In this document: positions 35,796-47,173 of the stretch, in pieces
How positions within the stretch are numbered: the first letter of the stretch is position 1
Layout: each line of letters starts with the position of its first letter
Notes under the pieces: model-generated
Databases searched by the model: none
Told to the model about the DNA's origin: nothing
What the model saw: the letters and a program-made list of their open reading frames with translations, nothing else
Position numbers and translations under genes: made by a program
Source of the DNA: an uncultured Hormoscilla sp.
GTDB lineage: Bacteria; Cyanobacteriota; Cyanobacteriia; Cyanobacteriales; Desertifilaceae
Assembly: GCA_963921275.4 (NCBI GenBank)
Contig: OZ001293.3
Coordinates: forward strand, 3,456,001 to 3,520,000
Direction of reading: 5' to 3'
Length of the DNA: 64,000 nucleotides

Positions 35796-38700
35796 TTATT
35801 TTTCCGTCAGCTTCCAGACTCCATCCCAAGTTTCATTGGGTGGTTGGTCTTCAAACAGCATACAACGCTGTATGTGTAATTTAGCCGCCTTATTCTTCGG
35901 ATCGATGTCCAGAACTGCTTGAAACTCACCCTGGGCGTTCTCAAACGCTTTCTTCGCCTTATCCGTAAACTGCTGCTTGGCTAGCCCGATCAGTTTCCAG
36001 ATCAGAGCTTGTGACATTTCCTTGGCCTCATCGGATAACATCTGTTGGTCTTTTTCTTTAGCGCAGAACTGAAGAAGCTTAGCGGTCAACAGCTTCTTGA
36101 TCTCCCGGGGGGGAGTAAGCTTGATCTCCCGATCTGCCAAGGACTTTGTCGTGTCTCCGGAGTAGTGCGAATAGCGCTCTCCGGAGACACGGCGGGCTTC
36201 TGAAGAAGGCATCTGCTTGAGTTCCTCTAATGACAGCCGCTTGATAGCATTGGACCCTAAGATTTGCTCTAGTTGAGCTAATGACAGCTGCGAGATCGTA
36301 TCCCGTAAAATTTTATCCTTACGATCGGCAAACTCCTTCTCCTCGGACTCTGATACCTCTTCTGGCAGCTGTTCTAACAAAGATATCATCTCGTCTGAGG
36401 ACAATTTTTCCCTTGCCGGTTGTAGGTAATACTCGCGCCCTTTGTGATAGTGGTCGATCGCCTTCTGCTTTTCCTCTGGAATCGGTCGAGCCAGCGTGCT
36501 CCTGCCTGGCTGGATCCCCACCAGTTCGTATATTCTCACCGGTTCGCTTTTTCCCTTCACGGTAATAAAGTCCAGCTCCCTGACTATTAGCCGCCTCGCA
36601 TAGGGTTTATAAGTATTTTCGCTGATGACTATGTCTGTGCCATATTGCTTGCTCGTCCCTTCCAGACGAGAGGCCAGATTGACACCATCACCAATAGAAG
36701 TCAGTTCCATGCGTTTGCTGGAGCCAATATTGCCACTCACGACTTCATCGGTATGGATCCCCATGCCAATGCCGATCGCCATCTTACCCTCTGCAATCCG
36801 AGCCTCATTGAATTTCTCCAATCGCTGGCGCATGGCGATCGCCGTTTGCATCGCATACCAGGCATGATCGTTGAGGGGCGCTGGCGATCCAAACACCGCC
36901 ATCAGGGCGTCACCTATATATTTATCAAGAGTGCCCCCGTAGTGCAAGACCGCGTCCACCATTTCTTCAAAATAGCTGTTGAGCATCACCACCACTTCTT
37001 CGGCTTGCATTTTTTCCGTCAATGTGGTATAGCTGCGAATATCTGAAAACAGCACGGAGACATGCTTGCGCTTGCCTCCCAACCCCGTATCGCCACTTGC
37101 TAGCAATGCCTCTGCCACTTCTGGCGTCATGTAACGATACATCAGATTTTTGACCTGCTTCTCATCGGAGATATCTTCCATGACCACTAATGCCCCGTTT
37201 ACTTTGGTGGGGTCGCTAGCATCGGACATTGAGTTAATCGATAGATTTATACTCTGCTGTACCGTTCCGGAAAAATAGGAGTCTTTAGACAACAAAGTTT
37301 GATCTGGGTAATACTGTTGCCGTTCTTTTTCATCTAGGGGTGAGAGGGCTGCGTCAAACCATTTGCCAAAATCACCTTCCTTGAGTTTCAGCAAGTCCCG
37401 CATCAACTTACCCTCTATGAATTCGTTGGAGCCATACCCTAATAATTGCTTGGCCGATTCGTTGGCGGCCATAACGATACCCTTTTTATCCGTGGAGATC
37501 ACCCCATTGGTCAAGCTGCGCAGGATATCCTTCTGAATTTGCTCCTGCTGCTTCACTTCCGCAAACAGCTTCGCATTTTGCAGGGCTACACCGGCTTGAA
37601 TGTTAAACGCCTGCATGAATTCTTGGTCAGAACGATTAAAGCTCGCCTTCCACTGTTCCGGGGCTTTGGGCCAATCATTTGGGTCATAGGGCGGGTACTC
37701 TCCCTGTTTCTTCTTGTTGATTAACTGCGTCACCCCGATCAACTCGTCATTGGCGTTAAACACGGGCATGCACAACATACTGCAAGTGCGATAGCCTGTC
37801 TTCTGATCCGTTTGTTTGGAAGTTTCCGAACGCCCATCTTCATACAGGTCAAAGGGAATCAGCAGGGGCTGATGAGATTCCGCCACCATGCCTGCGAAGC
37901 CCGCTGTCCTGGGGATGCGGATTTCTGTTAACTTGCCTGCGATCGGGATTTTCGTCCACAGCTCATCTTTTTCGTGGTCTATCAGCCACAGGGTGCTGCG
38001 ATCAGCGTTCATCAGTTCCTTGGCCTGATCCATCACCTTTTTCAGGGTGTCTTCTAAGTCCAAACTGCTCTTGGACAGGGAGTTTACCGCGTTCATCAGG
38101 GCTGCCGCCGCCCGTTGTTTCTGGGTTGCTGCATAGAATGATTTAGAGGACTCCAGTATGAGGAGAATGGATGGGGCAAACTCTCTAAAAACTTGTTCGT
38201 CTTCTGATGTGAACCCCTCTATATCGATTTTTTCTGCCAATTCTGCGTAGGGGTACTTATCGTGCTTTAATTTATTTATCAGTTGCACAACCGCCACCAA
38301 CTCTCCTGTCTCCTCATTCAACAGGGGCATCGCTAGCATGGTGTAGGTGCGGTAGTTGTTTTTTTTGTCAAATTCCTTGGCCGCCACTGAACGGGGATCA
38401 TCATAAAAGTCGTAGGGGATATTGACCACTTTTTTCCATGTGGCCACTTCTCCGGCAATCCCTTTATCTGCTGGAATTCTAATTTCTAGAGCATTCCCAT
38501 TGTCATCCTTGGCTACAATTGTAAACAGTTCATTTTTTTCTTCATCGAACAGAAAAATGCTGCTGCGATCTGTATTTAGCAGTTCCCCCGTTTTCATGGT
38601 GATGGAACGCAACATCTCATCCAGAATTGCGTCAAACACCTGATTTTCCAGATCCAGCATCGACAGGGTTTGATTGACCGTTTTTAGTTTATCTTCTACG

Positions 38701-39005
38701 TCGGTGACAACTTGTTTGAATGTGTCCTTTTTCAGCGAGGCCATAAATTCTGAGAAACTGCCCTTGGCTGTGACTAAGGCACCCCCAGAGGATGCTTTTA
38801 GGGGCGCTGTTGAGTTTTCTACCACTTCCGGACTTTCCCTATCTATCACTGTGCCAGTCCCCTGCCCAAGGTCGCCCTGGTCTAGATGGTTGTAGTTTAC
38901 CTGTTTGGGGGCATCTTCATCAATTATTATAGTGGCAGTAGCATCCAAAGTCTGCTGATGCTGAGATGAAGCTTTCATAGATGTCACCAAGGCTTTGATT
39001 GACAA
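35796..39005 (-). CDS. GAF-GAF-PAS class III adenylate cyclase (CyaB-like)
   Basis: Two GAF domains (DKKNNYRT, DQKTGYRT), PAS, FSDIRSYT, DKYIGDALMAVFG, GDGVNLASRLE and C-terminal WDGVW. Confidence 0.93.
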   Translation of the reverse strand: MSIKALVTSMKASSQHQQTLDATATIIIDEDAPKQVNYNHLDQGDLGQGTGTVIDRESPEVVENSTAPLKASSGGALVTAKGSFSEFMASLKKDTFKQVVTDVEDKLKTVNQTLSMLDLENQVFDAILDEMLRSITMKTGELLNTDRSSIFLFDEEKNELFTIVAKDDNGNALEIRIPADKGIAGEVATWKKVVNIPYDFYDDPRSVAAKEFDKKNNYRTYTMLAMPLLNEETGELVAVVQLINKLKHDKYPYAELAEKIDIEGFTSEDEQVFREFAPSILLILESSKSFYAATQKQRAAAALMNAVNSLSKSSLDLEDTLKKVMDQAKELMNADRSTLWLIDHEKDELWTKIPIAGKLTEIRIPRTAGFAGMVAESHQPLLIPFDLYEDGRSETSKQTDQKTGYRTCSMLCMPVFNANDELIGVTQLINKKKQGEYPPYDPNDWPKAPEQWKASFNRSDQEFMQAFNIQAGVALQNAKLFAEVKQQEQIQKDILRSLTNGVISTDKKGIVMAANESAKQLLGYGSNEFIEGKLMRDLLKLKEGDFGKWFDAALSPLDEKERQQYYPDQTLLSKDSYFSGTVQQSINLSINSMSDASDPTKVNGALVVMEDISDEKQVKNLMYRYMTPEVAEALLASGDTGLGGKRKHVSVLFSDIRSYTTLTEKMQAEEVVVMLNSYFEEMVDAVLHYGGTLDKYIGDALMAVFGSPAPLNDHAWYAMQTAIAMRQRLEKFNEARIAEGKMAIGIGMGIHTDEVVSGNIGSSKRMELTSIGDGVNLASRLEGTSKQYGTDIVISENTYKPYARRLIVRELDFITVKGKSEPVRIYELVGIQPGRSTLARPIPEEKQKAIDHYHKGREYYLQPAREKLSSDEMISLLEQLPEEVSESEEKEFADRKDKILRDTISQLSLAQLEQILGSNAIKRLSLEELKQMPSSEARRVSGERYSHYSGDTTKSLADREIKLTPPREIKKLLTAKLLQFCAKEKDQQMLSDEAKEMSQALIWKLIGLAKQQFTDKAKKAFENAQGEFQAVLDIDPKNKAAKLHIQRCMLFEDQPPNETWDGVWKLTEK

Positions 39006-39264
39006 TTAATTTTATTTATATTTATTTATCGACAAATCTACTATTTGTCAAGGGTGAATGAGCTGGCTGACGACAGACTCTTCCTTAGTTTACTCTGTAA
39101 GAGTTATTTGAGTATGGGTATTAGTGTGATTTTCTGGGTCCAGATAAATGGGCTCGTTCGTGATTTTGGCATTAAAAGCATATTTATATGTGTTGTATTT
39201 TACCAGGAAGAGCCGATCTCGGCTGATGATTTAATAATTTGGCTTGCCCCCGATCGGGCAAAAT

Positions 39265-41019
39265 TTACACGCTGCCTTGGGTTAAGCTCAAGGATTGACG
39301 CAATTTGGCGGCTTCAGCTAGGAGAGATTCGGCAAAGGCGTAGGCTTGAGTGGCTGATTGTCCCCCTGTCAGCTGTGCTAGTTCGGCGCAGCGCTGCTGG
39401 TTGTCGAGTTCTTTAACTCGGACAACGGTGCGTTCTGCTTCCCTTGGCTGCGGTATGACTTGTTTGTTGACGTGGAAGTGATGGTCGGCCATCGCTGCCA
39501 CAATGGGTTGGTGGGTGACACAGAGGACTTGGTGCCGTCCGGAGAGTTGATGCAGCTTGGAGGCGATCGCCCCTGCAATTCGACCAGAAACTCCGGCATC
39601 TATTTCATCGAACAGGAGTGTCCCAGCGCTGTCTACCTGGGAGAAACAGGCTTTCAGGGCTAGGAGAAAGCGGCTCATTTCACCTCCAGAGGCTGTTGCT
39701 GCTAAGGGTTGTAAGGGTTCTCCTGGGTTGGAGCTAAACTCAAATACGACCCGATCGGATCCGGTGGGGCTGGGGGAACTTGGTGTTAAAGTTACCTTAA
39801 ACTGTACTTTGGACATTGCCAAGGGTTTGAGCTGTTCTACTAGATGGGTTTCTAATTTATCTGCTGCTGCTCGCCGCTGCCAGTGTAGCTTTGAGCAGGC
39901 GTCATTCAGGTTTTGCAGCGCCTCTTGATAGCTTTTTTCTAGCAGTTCCAGGGTCTGAGTGTCACCAGTTAGTTCTTCTAGTTCTGAAGAGATGCTCTGG
40001 TAATGGGCGATCGCCTCTGCTAATGTGGGTCCATACTTGCGGGCTATCAGCTTGAGTTGCTGTATTCTCGCTTGTATTTCTTCCAGTCGTTGGGGGTCAC
40101 TTTCCAGGGCCGTGCTATAGGAGAACAGCTGTCTGCCTGCTTCGGTCACTTGAATATAGGCCTGAGAAACCATTTCTAGAATTCCCTGCAGTGAGCGATC
40201 GTAGCCGATCATCTCGGACATTATTCTCTCGGCTTTACCCAGCAAGTCTGCTGCTGCCTCGGAGTCCCGATCGCTTTGGTATATTGCTTGATATACCTGA
40301 TAGCTCTGCTGCTGCAATTCTACGCTGTGAGCGAGTCGCTGGCTTTCTTTTTCTAGCACCTCCAATTCGTCAGGGCTGTCTAGGTTGGCGGCTGTTAGTT
40401 CCTGTAGTTGGTATTCTAGCTGATCTATTCTTTGTAGCCGCACCTGCTCCGATGTCCGCCGCTGTTCTAGAGTCTCTCTGGCTTGTTCGCAAGCATCAAA
40501 GGCGGCGGCCACCGAATCGCGCATTGACAGCACTGCCTCCCCGCCGTAAACATCCAGCCATTCCCGCTGGAGTGATGGTTGCCCTAGTTGTACCGTTTGA
40601 CCTTGAGCTGTGATTTCTACTATACGAGAGCGCAATTGCTCCATCTGCTGCCGGTTTACTACTATGCCATTCAGTCGCGATCGCCAACGTGATCGCCGGT
40701 TCTCTTGATTGCTGGCCAGTTCTCGGCTACAAACTAGGAATATCCCATCTAGCGGTTCTATCTCTTGGTCTTTCAGCCATTGGACCCCATTGGCATCCAG
40801 TTCAAAGGTTGCTTCCACTACCGAGCGATCGGCACCCGCACGGATGGATCTACTGCTAATTTTGCCTCCTAAGGCTGCATCTATTGCTTCTAATATGATT
40901 GACTTGCCAGCACCTGTTTCTCCTGTGAGCACTGTCATACCGGCACCAAATTGCAAATCTAGACTATCTATCAGAGCAAAGTTTTCTATCCGCAGTCCGA
41001 CCAGCATGGATTCGCTCAT
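39265..41019 (-). CDS. recN: DNA repair protein RecN
   Basis: TGETGAGKS, ASGGEMSRFLLALK, FDEIDAGVSG, CVTHQP. Confidence 0.97.
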   Translation of the reverse strand: MSESMLVGLRIENFALIDSLDLQFGAGMTVLTGETGAGKSIILEAIDAALGGKISSRSIRAGADRSVVEATFELDANGVQWLKDQEIEPLDGIFLVCSRELASNQENRRSRWRSRLNGIVVNRQQMEQLRSRIVEITAQGQTVQLGQPSLQREWLDVYGGEAVLSMRDSVAAAFDACEQARETLEQRRTSEQVRLQRIDQLEYQLQELTAANLDSPDELEVLEKESQRLAHSVELQQQSYQVYQAIYQSDRDSEAAADLLGKAERIMSEMIGYDRSLQGILEMVSQAYIQVTEAGRQLFSYSTALESDPQRLEEIQARIQQLKLIARKYGPTLAEAIAHYQSISSELEELTGDTQTLELLEKSYQEALQNLNDACSKLHWQRRAAADKLETHLVEQLKPLAMSKVQFKVTLTPSSPSPTGSDRVVFEFSSNPGEPLQPLAATASGGEMSRFLLALKACFSQVDSAGTLLFDEIDAGVSGRIAGAIASKLHQLSGRHQVLCVTHQPIVAAMADHHFHVNKQVIPQPREAERTVVRVKELDNQQRCAELAQLTGGQSATQAYAFAESLLAEAAKLRQSLSLTQGSV

Positions 41020-41291
41020 GTCAATTTTCCAACGGTCCTACCGTTCCGGAAAAATCGGACTGCGACTGGTCAGCGGGACAATTCGCGGTCGGTAGTCCGA
41101 TTGGATCTAGTACGCGGCTTCTATTGTACCACATTTTTGGCCAATTATCTCTGACTTCAGTCTAACTTCTGTACCGCTAATTTCCGCAGATCCCCAAAGT
41201 TGAAGAAAAAGTTAAGCTGCTCATTGTATTGAACATTAGCAACTTGTTACAATTGTTAACAATTGTAGCTGGCAGAGTAGATAAATATCCC

Positions 41292-43358
41292 ATGAATGTG
41301 ACAAAGCCATCCCGAACAGACGACCCGACGATCTCGCTTGGAGCGAAACCAATATCAAGGATAACAGCTTCGAGTATAACCCTAGAAAAGGATTTAGTGA
41401 CCAGAAACCATGGAGAAGCTATTGCACCGGCGCAGAGGAACGAGGCGGAACCGGAAACTGATATAATCCGTTACGATCCGGTGCAGTTGATGGCACAGTA
41501 CCGCAGCTGGCCCCTAAAGGTGTGGGGGAGATGTTTGACAATTGTCTGGCCATTTATAAGGTTTGCGACTGGCTTGTGGTGGGATCAGTATGGGGGCCGG
41601 AGGGAAAAAAATGAAGTGAAACGGGCGGTCCAGTTGCGGGAGTTGCTGACCTGGTTGGGCCCAGCTTATATTAAGGTGGGACAAGCCCTATCGACGAGAC
41701 CGGATTTGATACCGCCGGTTTATCTGGAAGAATTGACAAAATTGCAGGACCAGTTGCCGCCGTTCCCAAATCAGGTGGCTTACCGGTTTATAGAAGAAGA
41801 GTTGGGCGATCGCCCGGAGAATCTGTATGCGGAACTAAGCCCGGATCCGGTAGCAGCGGCGTCTTTGGGACAGGTCTATAAGGGAAAGCTGAAAACTGGC
41901 GAGATTGTGGCGGTGAAGGTGCAGCGACCGGATTTAAGGGAAAGGATCTCTTTGGATCTATATATATTACGCAGCTTGGCGGTTTGGGCGAAAAAGAAGA
42001 TTAAACGGGTGCGTAGCGACCTGGCGGGGATCATGGATGAGTTTGGATCGCGCATCTATGAGGAAATGAACTATACCCAGGAAGGACGGAATGCGGAACG
42101 GTTCGCTGAACTGTACGGCCATTTTCCCGATATTTACGTGCCCCGGATCTACTGGGAATATACTGGCCGTCGGGTGCTGACGATGGAGTGGGTGACTGGT
42201 ACTAAATTAACTCAACTGGAGGCGATCGCGGCCCAAGGTCTGGATGCCCGTTATTTGATTGAGGTTGGGGTGCATTGTTCTTTGCGGCAACTGCTAGAAC
42301 ATGGGTTTTTTCACGCGGATCCGCACCCGGGTAATCTGTTGGCATCGCCAGAGGGGAAGTTGGTTTACCTGGATTTTGGCATGATGTCTCAGGTGAAGGA
42401 TTACCAGCGCTATGGACTGATTGAAGCTGTGGTCCATCTGGTGAATCGGGATTTTGAGGGTTTGGCGAAGGATTATGTGAAGCTGGGGTTTTTATCTCCG
42501 TCCACTGACCTGTCGCCGATTATTCCGGCCCTGTCAAATGTGTTTAATAATGCTTTGGGCGCTAATGTGGCGGAACTGAATTTTAAGAGCATTACTGACC
42601 AGCTATCGGCTGTGATGTATGAGTATCCTTTCCAGGTGCCTGCTTACTATGCTCTGATTATTCGCTCTCTGGTAACTCTAGAGGGGATTGCGATTAATGT
42701 CGATCCGAATTTTAAGGTGCTGAATAAGGCTTATCCTTATGTGGCTAAGCGGCTGTTGACCGATCCGGCTCCCGAGTTACGGGCTTCTTTGCGGGATCTT
42801 TTGTTCCAGGATGGCAGTTTCCGCTGGAATCGTTTGGAGAATTTGTTGCGTAATGCTCGTGATAGTCAAGATTATGACCTGGATATGGTCCTGAATCAGA
42901 CGATCGACTTTTTGTTCTCCGATCGGGGCGCTTTTATTCGCGATCGCCTGGTTGATGAGATTATCAAAGGGGTGGATACTCTCGGTCATAATGCTTTTGC
43001 TAACGTCACTTATCAACTGCGCCAACGGGTGGGTATGAATGGTCATAAACCCCCTGCACTGACAACAACTGAGACGCCCGAGCAGAAAAGTATGGAGCAT
43101 ATCGGGCGAATTTGGGGCATTCTTCAGGAAACTCGTGGCTTTGACCCGATGAAGATTTTACCTTTGATTCCCGAGCTGTTGATGAAGCGGGAAACTCAGG
43201 ATATGGGTCAGCAAATTGCTAGTGGTTTGGCTCAAAGAGTGGTGGCCCGTTTTATTCGTGAGGTCCTATTAACTGAAGAACCTGCTGACTTTGAGCAAAA
43301 TGGTCATAAACCTATCTCACCTGTGGAGTTACCCATAAAGTCAGTTTCAACCGACTAG
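41292..43358 (+). CDS. ABC1/AarF/UbiB-family kinase
   Basis: LGPAYIKVGQALSTRPD, AAASLGQVY, VAVKVQRP, FFHADPHPGN, LDFG. Confidence 0.93.
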   Translation: MNVTKPSRTDDPTISLGAKPISRITASSITLEKDLVTRNHGEAIAPAQRNEAEPETDIIRYDPVQLMAQYRSWPLKVWGRCLTIVWPFIRFATGLWWDQYGGRREKNEVKRAVQLRELLTWLGPAYIKVGQALSTRPDLIPPVYLEELTKLQDQLPPFPNQVAYRFIEEELGDRPENLYAELSPDPVAAASLGQVYKGKLKTGEIVAVKVQRPDLRERISLDLYILRSLAVWAKKKIKRVRSDLAGIMDEFGSRIYEEMNYTQEGRNAERFAELYGHFPDIYVPRIYWEYTGRRVLTMEWVTGTKLTQLEAIAAQGLDARYLIEVGVHCSLRQLLEHGFFHADPHPGNLLASPEGKLVYLDFGMMSQVKDYQRYGLIEAVVHLVNRDFEGLAKDYVKLGFLSPSTDLSPIIPALSNVFNNALGANVAELNFKSITDQLSAVMYEYPFQVPAYYALIIRSLVTLEGIAINVDPNFKVLNKAYPYVAKRLLTDPAPELRASLRDLLFQDGSFRWNRLENLLRNARDSQDYDLDMVLNQTIDFLFSDRGAFIRDRLVDEIIKGVDTLGHNAFANVTYQLRQRVGMNGHKPPALTTTETPEQKSMEHIGRIWGILQETRGFDPMKILPLIPELLMKRETQDMGQQIASGLAQRVVARFIREVLLTEEPADFEQNGHKPISPVELPIKSVSTD

Positions 43359-43483
43359 GAAGTAAAAAATGAATTAAGAATCTAGGTTTCGCCTGAGCGC
43401 CCGTTTCTCATTCCCGGCGACCCCGTTGGGAATGAGATTATAGAGGCAGAGCCTCTAGTTGACAATTTGGAGGTAAAATTAGT

Positions 43484-44143
43484 ATGGTGACAATAACATA
43501 TCCGACTATAGCTAAGCCAGTTGACGCGGAATCAATCTTTACATTAAGAGGCGTGACTTGGCCAACTTATAAAGCTTTGATGGCGGACGTTGGCGACGGT
43601 CGCCCTTGGAGAATTGCTTACGATGGGGAGATATTAGAACTGAGAATGCCATTACCAAAACATGAAGAACCTAAACGAATGATAGAGAGTTTTGTCGAGG
43701 TAATTGTTGATGAGCTAGAAATAGAAATCAGAAGTCTTGGGGCCCTAACTCTCGATCGAGAAGATTTAACCAGTGGGATCGAACCGGATACTTGTTTCTA
43801 CATTCTTGAAGAGCGTCGTGTTAGAGGTAAAGAGAAAATTAATTTGCCTTCCGATCCGCCACCTGACTTAGCTATGGAGTCCGACTATACAAGTTCTTCT
43901 CTGAATAAGTTTAACATCTATTCGTCTTTGCAGGTTCCTGAACTTTGGCGCTATCGCAACGATAAGCTGGAAGTTTATCATTTGGTCCAGGGAAAGTACG
44001 AACAGCGTGATCGTTCTTTAGCTTTTCCTTTTTTGCCGATCGCAGAAGTTCTTAATTTCATCGAACAAAGTATAACGATCGGACAAAGGGCGGCGGTGCG
44101 GTTGTTTCGGCAACGAATTCGAGAAATTTTAGCTACTGGGTAG
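43484..44143 (+). CDS. Uma2-family endonuclease
   Basis: YDGEILELRMP...HE, GIEPDTCFY, PPPDLA.E.D, VPELWRY. Confidence 0.9.
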   Translation: MVTITYPTIAKPVDAESIFTLRGVTWPTYKALMADVGDGRPWRIAYDGEILELRMPLPKHEEPKRMIESFVEVIVDELEIEIRSLGALTLDREDLTSGIEPDTCFYILEERRVRGKEKINLPSDPPPDLAMESDYTSSSLNKFNIYSSLQVPELWRYRNDKLEVYHLVQGKYEQRDRSLAFPFLPIAEVLNFIEQSITIGQRAAVRLFRQRIREILATG

Positions 44144-44244
44144 GGACTCTGAAGCGATCGCTCGTTTCTCATTCCCGGCGTCCCCGCAGGGAATGAGATT
44201 ATAGAGGCTCTGCCTCTAGTTGACAATTTGGAGGTAAAATCAGT

Positions 44245-45280
44245 ATGGTAATAATAAATTCTCCGACTGTAGCTAGGGCGTGTCATCAATTAAGCCATAT
44301 TACAGCTGCCGCGAGGTAGATGGCACCCAAGAAATTGCGAGCCGTTTTATCGTAGCGTGTCGCCAGAGCCCTGTATTGCTTGAGTTTTTGGAATAGATAT
44401 TCAATTAGATGCCGCCACTTGTACATTTCTTCATCGTCTTCTCTGTGTTCTGTGCGGTTACTTTTTGGAGGAATGACAGCCATCCAATCCGCCTCTTTCA
44501 GGCGCTCGAGCACACGTTGTTCCGCATCATAGGCTTTATCTGCAAGCAGCGCGCCAATCTCACCGATTTTATCCAATAGCACGTCAGCGCCTTTCCCGTC
44601 GTGGGCTTGGCCAGGGGTAAGATGAAATCCTGTGGGATTGCCTTGGGCAATCGCAAGTGGCATGAATCTTTGTCGATAGTCCCCCTTTACTACGGCCTAT
44701 GGCTTGGGTTTCGCACGGATCTGAGGGTGTTTTTTTTTGCACCCGCACGCTCGTTGATGGGCACGCAGGATGGTGGCATCAATCGCGGCGTATTCGTTAT
44801 CGGCGTCTGAGGCCAAGACATCGAATACCTGCTTCCAAACTCCCTTTTCAGACCACGGGTATGGCGGGTATGAACAACCCGAAAATCCCCAAAACACTCC
44901 GGTAAATCCCGCCAGGGAATGCCAGCACGATATCGATATAACACGGCAGAACACGAATAATCTCTTGTTCTTGGCTGTAGCGCCTGGGTCACCCTCTTTA
45001 CCAGGTAAAAGGTGTTCGAACGCGTAGCGTGCGCGCAGCGCAATCCGTTCCCACTGGTCGTCTCGCAAGCCATAGCGTCTCATATCATGCCCTCTTGATT
45101 GTTATTGCTGGATAAGGACTCCATACCGTATCCATCTATTTCTGTCAAGCAATTTGATTGATGACACACCCTAATCAGGAGATCGCCGAATCTATCTTTA
45201 CATTAAAAGGCGTGACGTGGCCAACTTATCAAGCGTTAATGGCAGAGGTGGGAGACGATCTCGCTTGGAGAGTTGCTGAC
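44245..45280 (+). pseudogene. Tandem Uma2 paralog, interrupted by IS5 and truncated
   Basis: The upstream region and 5' coding sequence repeat 43402-43620 (ESIFTLKGVTWPTYQALMA). Confidence 0.75.
44276..45171 (-). mobile_element. IS5-family element, copy 4, with a 24-bp insert at 45020-45043
   Basis: Near-identical to the other copies apart from the insert, a 1-nt deletion and a few substitutions. Confidence 0.93.
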
Positions 45281-45686
45281 GCGAGGTGTCTCGTGGGAGA
45301 TACCTCGCCCCAGGAAACATCGAACTCCCCGGGGACATCAAGCGCGCAGAGCACATCTGACTGTGGTAGTTCCCATGAGAGAGGGTATCTTTCAGTTGTA
45401 TTGCAAATGATATCAAGTATTACCCTGAATATTTTCTCCTGCATCTCTTCATCTATAGCAGAATTACAAACCCTAGGATATTCGTAGTAATTGAGGGCGG
45501 TGTAGCTATCAGCGAGAGTTTCCATTGGGCTATATCAGAACTCAACTAATTCCAATAAGCCCCAAATAACTCCCCGCAGGTGCTGACTGCTGACCACTAG
45601 GTCGGCTGTCCTCGCGAAAAGCTCTACCTTACCCCGATTTTCCCTGACCATAGCCTACTACTACAGTGGCCGATCTCGAAACTGGC

Positions 45687-47132
45687 CTACCCTTCGCCCG
45701 TCAGGGCCTGTTGCAAACGCGGGAGATCGAGTCCCCGTTGTGCCAGCAGCAACCAAGATTCGATCAAGTCAGGGCCATGGACGTCACCAGTCAAGGCGGC
45801 GCGGAGACTGCGCATGACAAACCCCTTCTTCGCCTTTTTCTCCTTAGTGATTTTTTTAATTATGTCTTTGGCGTCAGTTTCCGTCAGCTGCTGGTTATCG
45901 GTAGCATCCAGAATAGTTTGAATTACATCAGTTACACCCTCTTGCTGTAACTGGTCCCGCCCCGCCTCTGTTAGTTCAACAGCAGGAATAAAGAACATCT
46001 GACTCATAGACACGGCTTCTTCCAGACGAGTCAGACTCGGACCGATCAAAGCTGTCAGCTTTTCTAACCAGGGGCGATCGCTCTCTACATTAAACTCATA
46101 GCCCGCCCCTTGCCAATAGGGAATCAGCTGGTCGCACAACTGGTCAGCAGCTATCCGATGGATATACTGACTATTGAGCCAATTGAGCTTATTCCAGTCA
46201 AACTTAGCACCCGCCTGGTTCACCCGATCGAAGTCAAACTGCGGGGCCGCCTTCTCTAAAGTAAAAATTTCCTGAGTCGCATCCGGTGGCGTCCAACCCA
46301 GCAGAGTCATGTAATTAGCCAGGGCCTCCGGTAGATAACCCATCTTCTGGAAATCAGAAATAGAAGTGACCCCATCCCGCTTGGACAACTTGCGTCCTTC
46401 CTGATTCAAGATCAGCGGCGTGTGGCCGAACTCTGGCACAGTCGAGGACATCGCTTCGTAAAGCAAAATCTGTTTGGCCGTATTAGCGATATGGTCCTCT
46501 CCTCGGATCACATGGGTGATCTGCATGTCTATGTCATCCACCACCACCGCCAGGTTATATAGAGGTTGACCGACTTCCTCGGCCTCAGAGGATCTGGCGA
46601 TTACCATATCGCCGCCCAAGTCGCTACCGCGCCAGGTAACCGTTCCCCGCACCAAATCCTTCCAGACAATTTGTCTGTAGTCATCGATCAGAAAGCGAAT
46701 CACCGGTTTGCGCCCTTCCGCCTCAAAGGCCGCTTGTTGTTCCGGACTCAAGTTACGATGACGGTTATCGTAGCGGGGCGCTTGTCCTCTGGCCTTTTGG
46801 GCGGCCCGCATTTCCTCTAACTCCTCGCTAGTACAGTAGCAACGATATGCCAATCCTTTATCTAAAAGTATTTGCACTGCCTGCTTGTAGAGATCCAGGC
46901 GTTGAGACTGGAAAAATGGACCTTCATCCCAGTTCAGACCCAGCCATTTGAGGCCCGTTGTGATATTTTCGGTGTATTCGGGGCGCGATCGCTCTTCATC
47001 GGTATCTTCAATGCGCAGGATAAAGGTACCGCCATGATGATGAGCAAACAACCAGTTAAAGACAGCCGTTCTAGCGGTACCGATATGTAAATTTCCCGTC
47101 GGACTGGGGGCAATGCGGACTCTGATAGTCAC
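45687..47132 (-). CDS. gltX: Glutamate--tRNA ligase
   Basis: [32 protein letters not shown]. Confidence 0.97.
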   Translation of the reverse strand: MTIRVRIAPSPTGNLHIGTARTAVFNWLFAHHHGGTFILRIEDTDEERSRPEYTENITTGLKWLGLNWDEGPFFQSQRLDLYKQAVQILLDKGLAYRCYCTSEELEEMRAAQKARGQAPRYDNRHRNLSPEQQAAFEAEGRKPVIRFLIDDYRQIVWKDLVRGTVTWRGSDLGGDMVIARSSEAEEVGQPLYNLAVVVDDIDMQITHVIRGEDHIANTAKQILLYEAMSSTVPEFGHTPLILNQEGRKLSKRDGVTSISDFQKMGYLPEALANYMTLLGWTPPDATQEIFTLEKAAPQFDFDRVNQAGAKFDWNKLNWLNSQYIHRIAADQLCDQLIPYWQGAGYEFNVESDRPWLEKLTALIGPSLTRLEEAVSMSQMFFIPAVELTEAGRDQLQQEGVTDVIQTILDATDNQQLTETDAKDIIKKITKEKKAKKGFVMRSLRAALTGDVHGPDLIESWLLLAQRGLDLPRLQQALTGEG

Positions 47133-47173
47133 TTCTTCTGCGTCTCCTAATCAACTATGCACTGACAAATATA

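Noticed and set aside
16063..47090. Many short antisense or alternate-frame ORFs in the track (e.g. 16383-17096, 36645-37046, 40191-40613)
   Set aside because: They shadow well-supported genes or IS elements and lack recognisable motifs.
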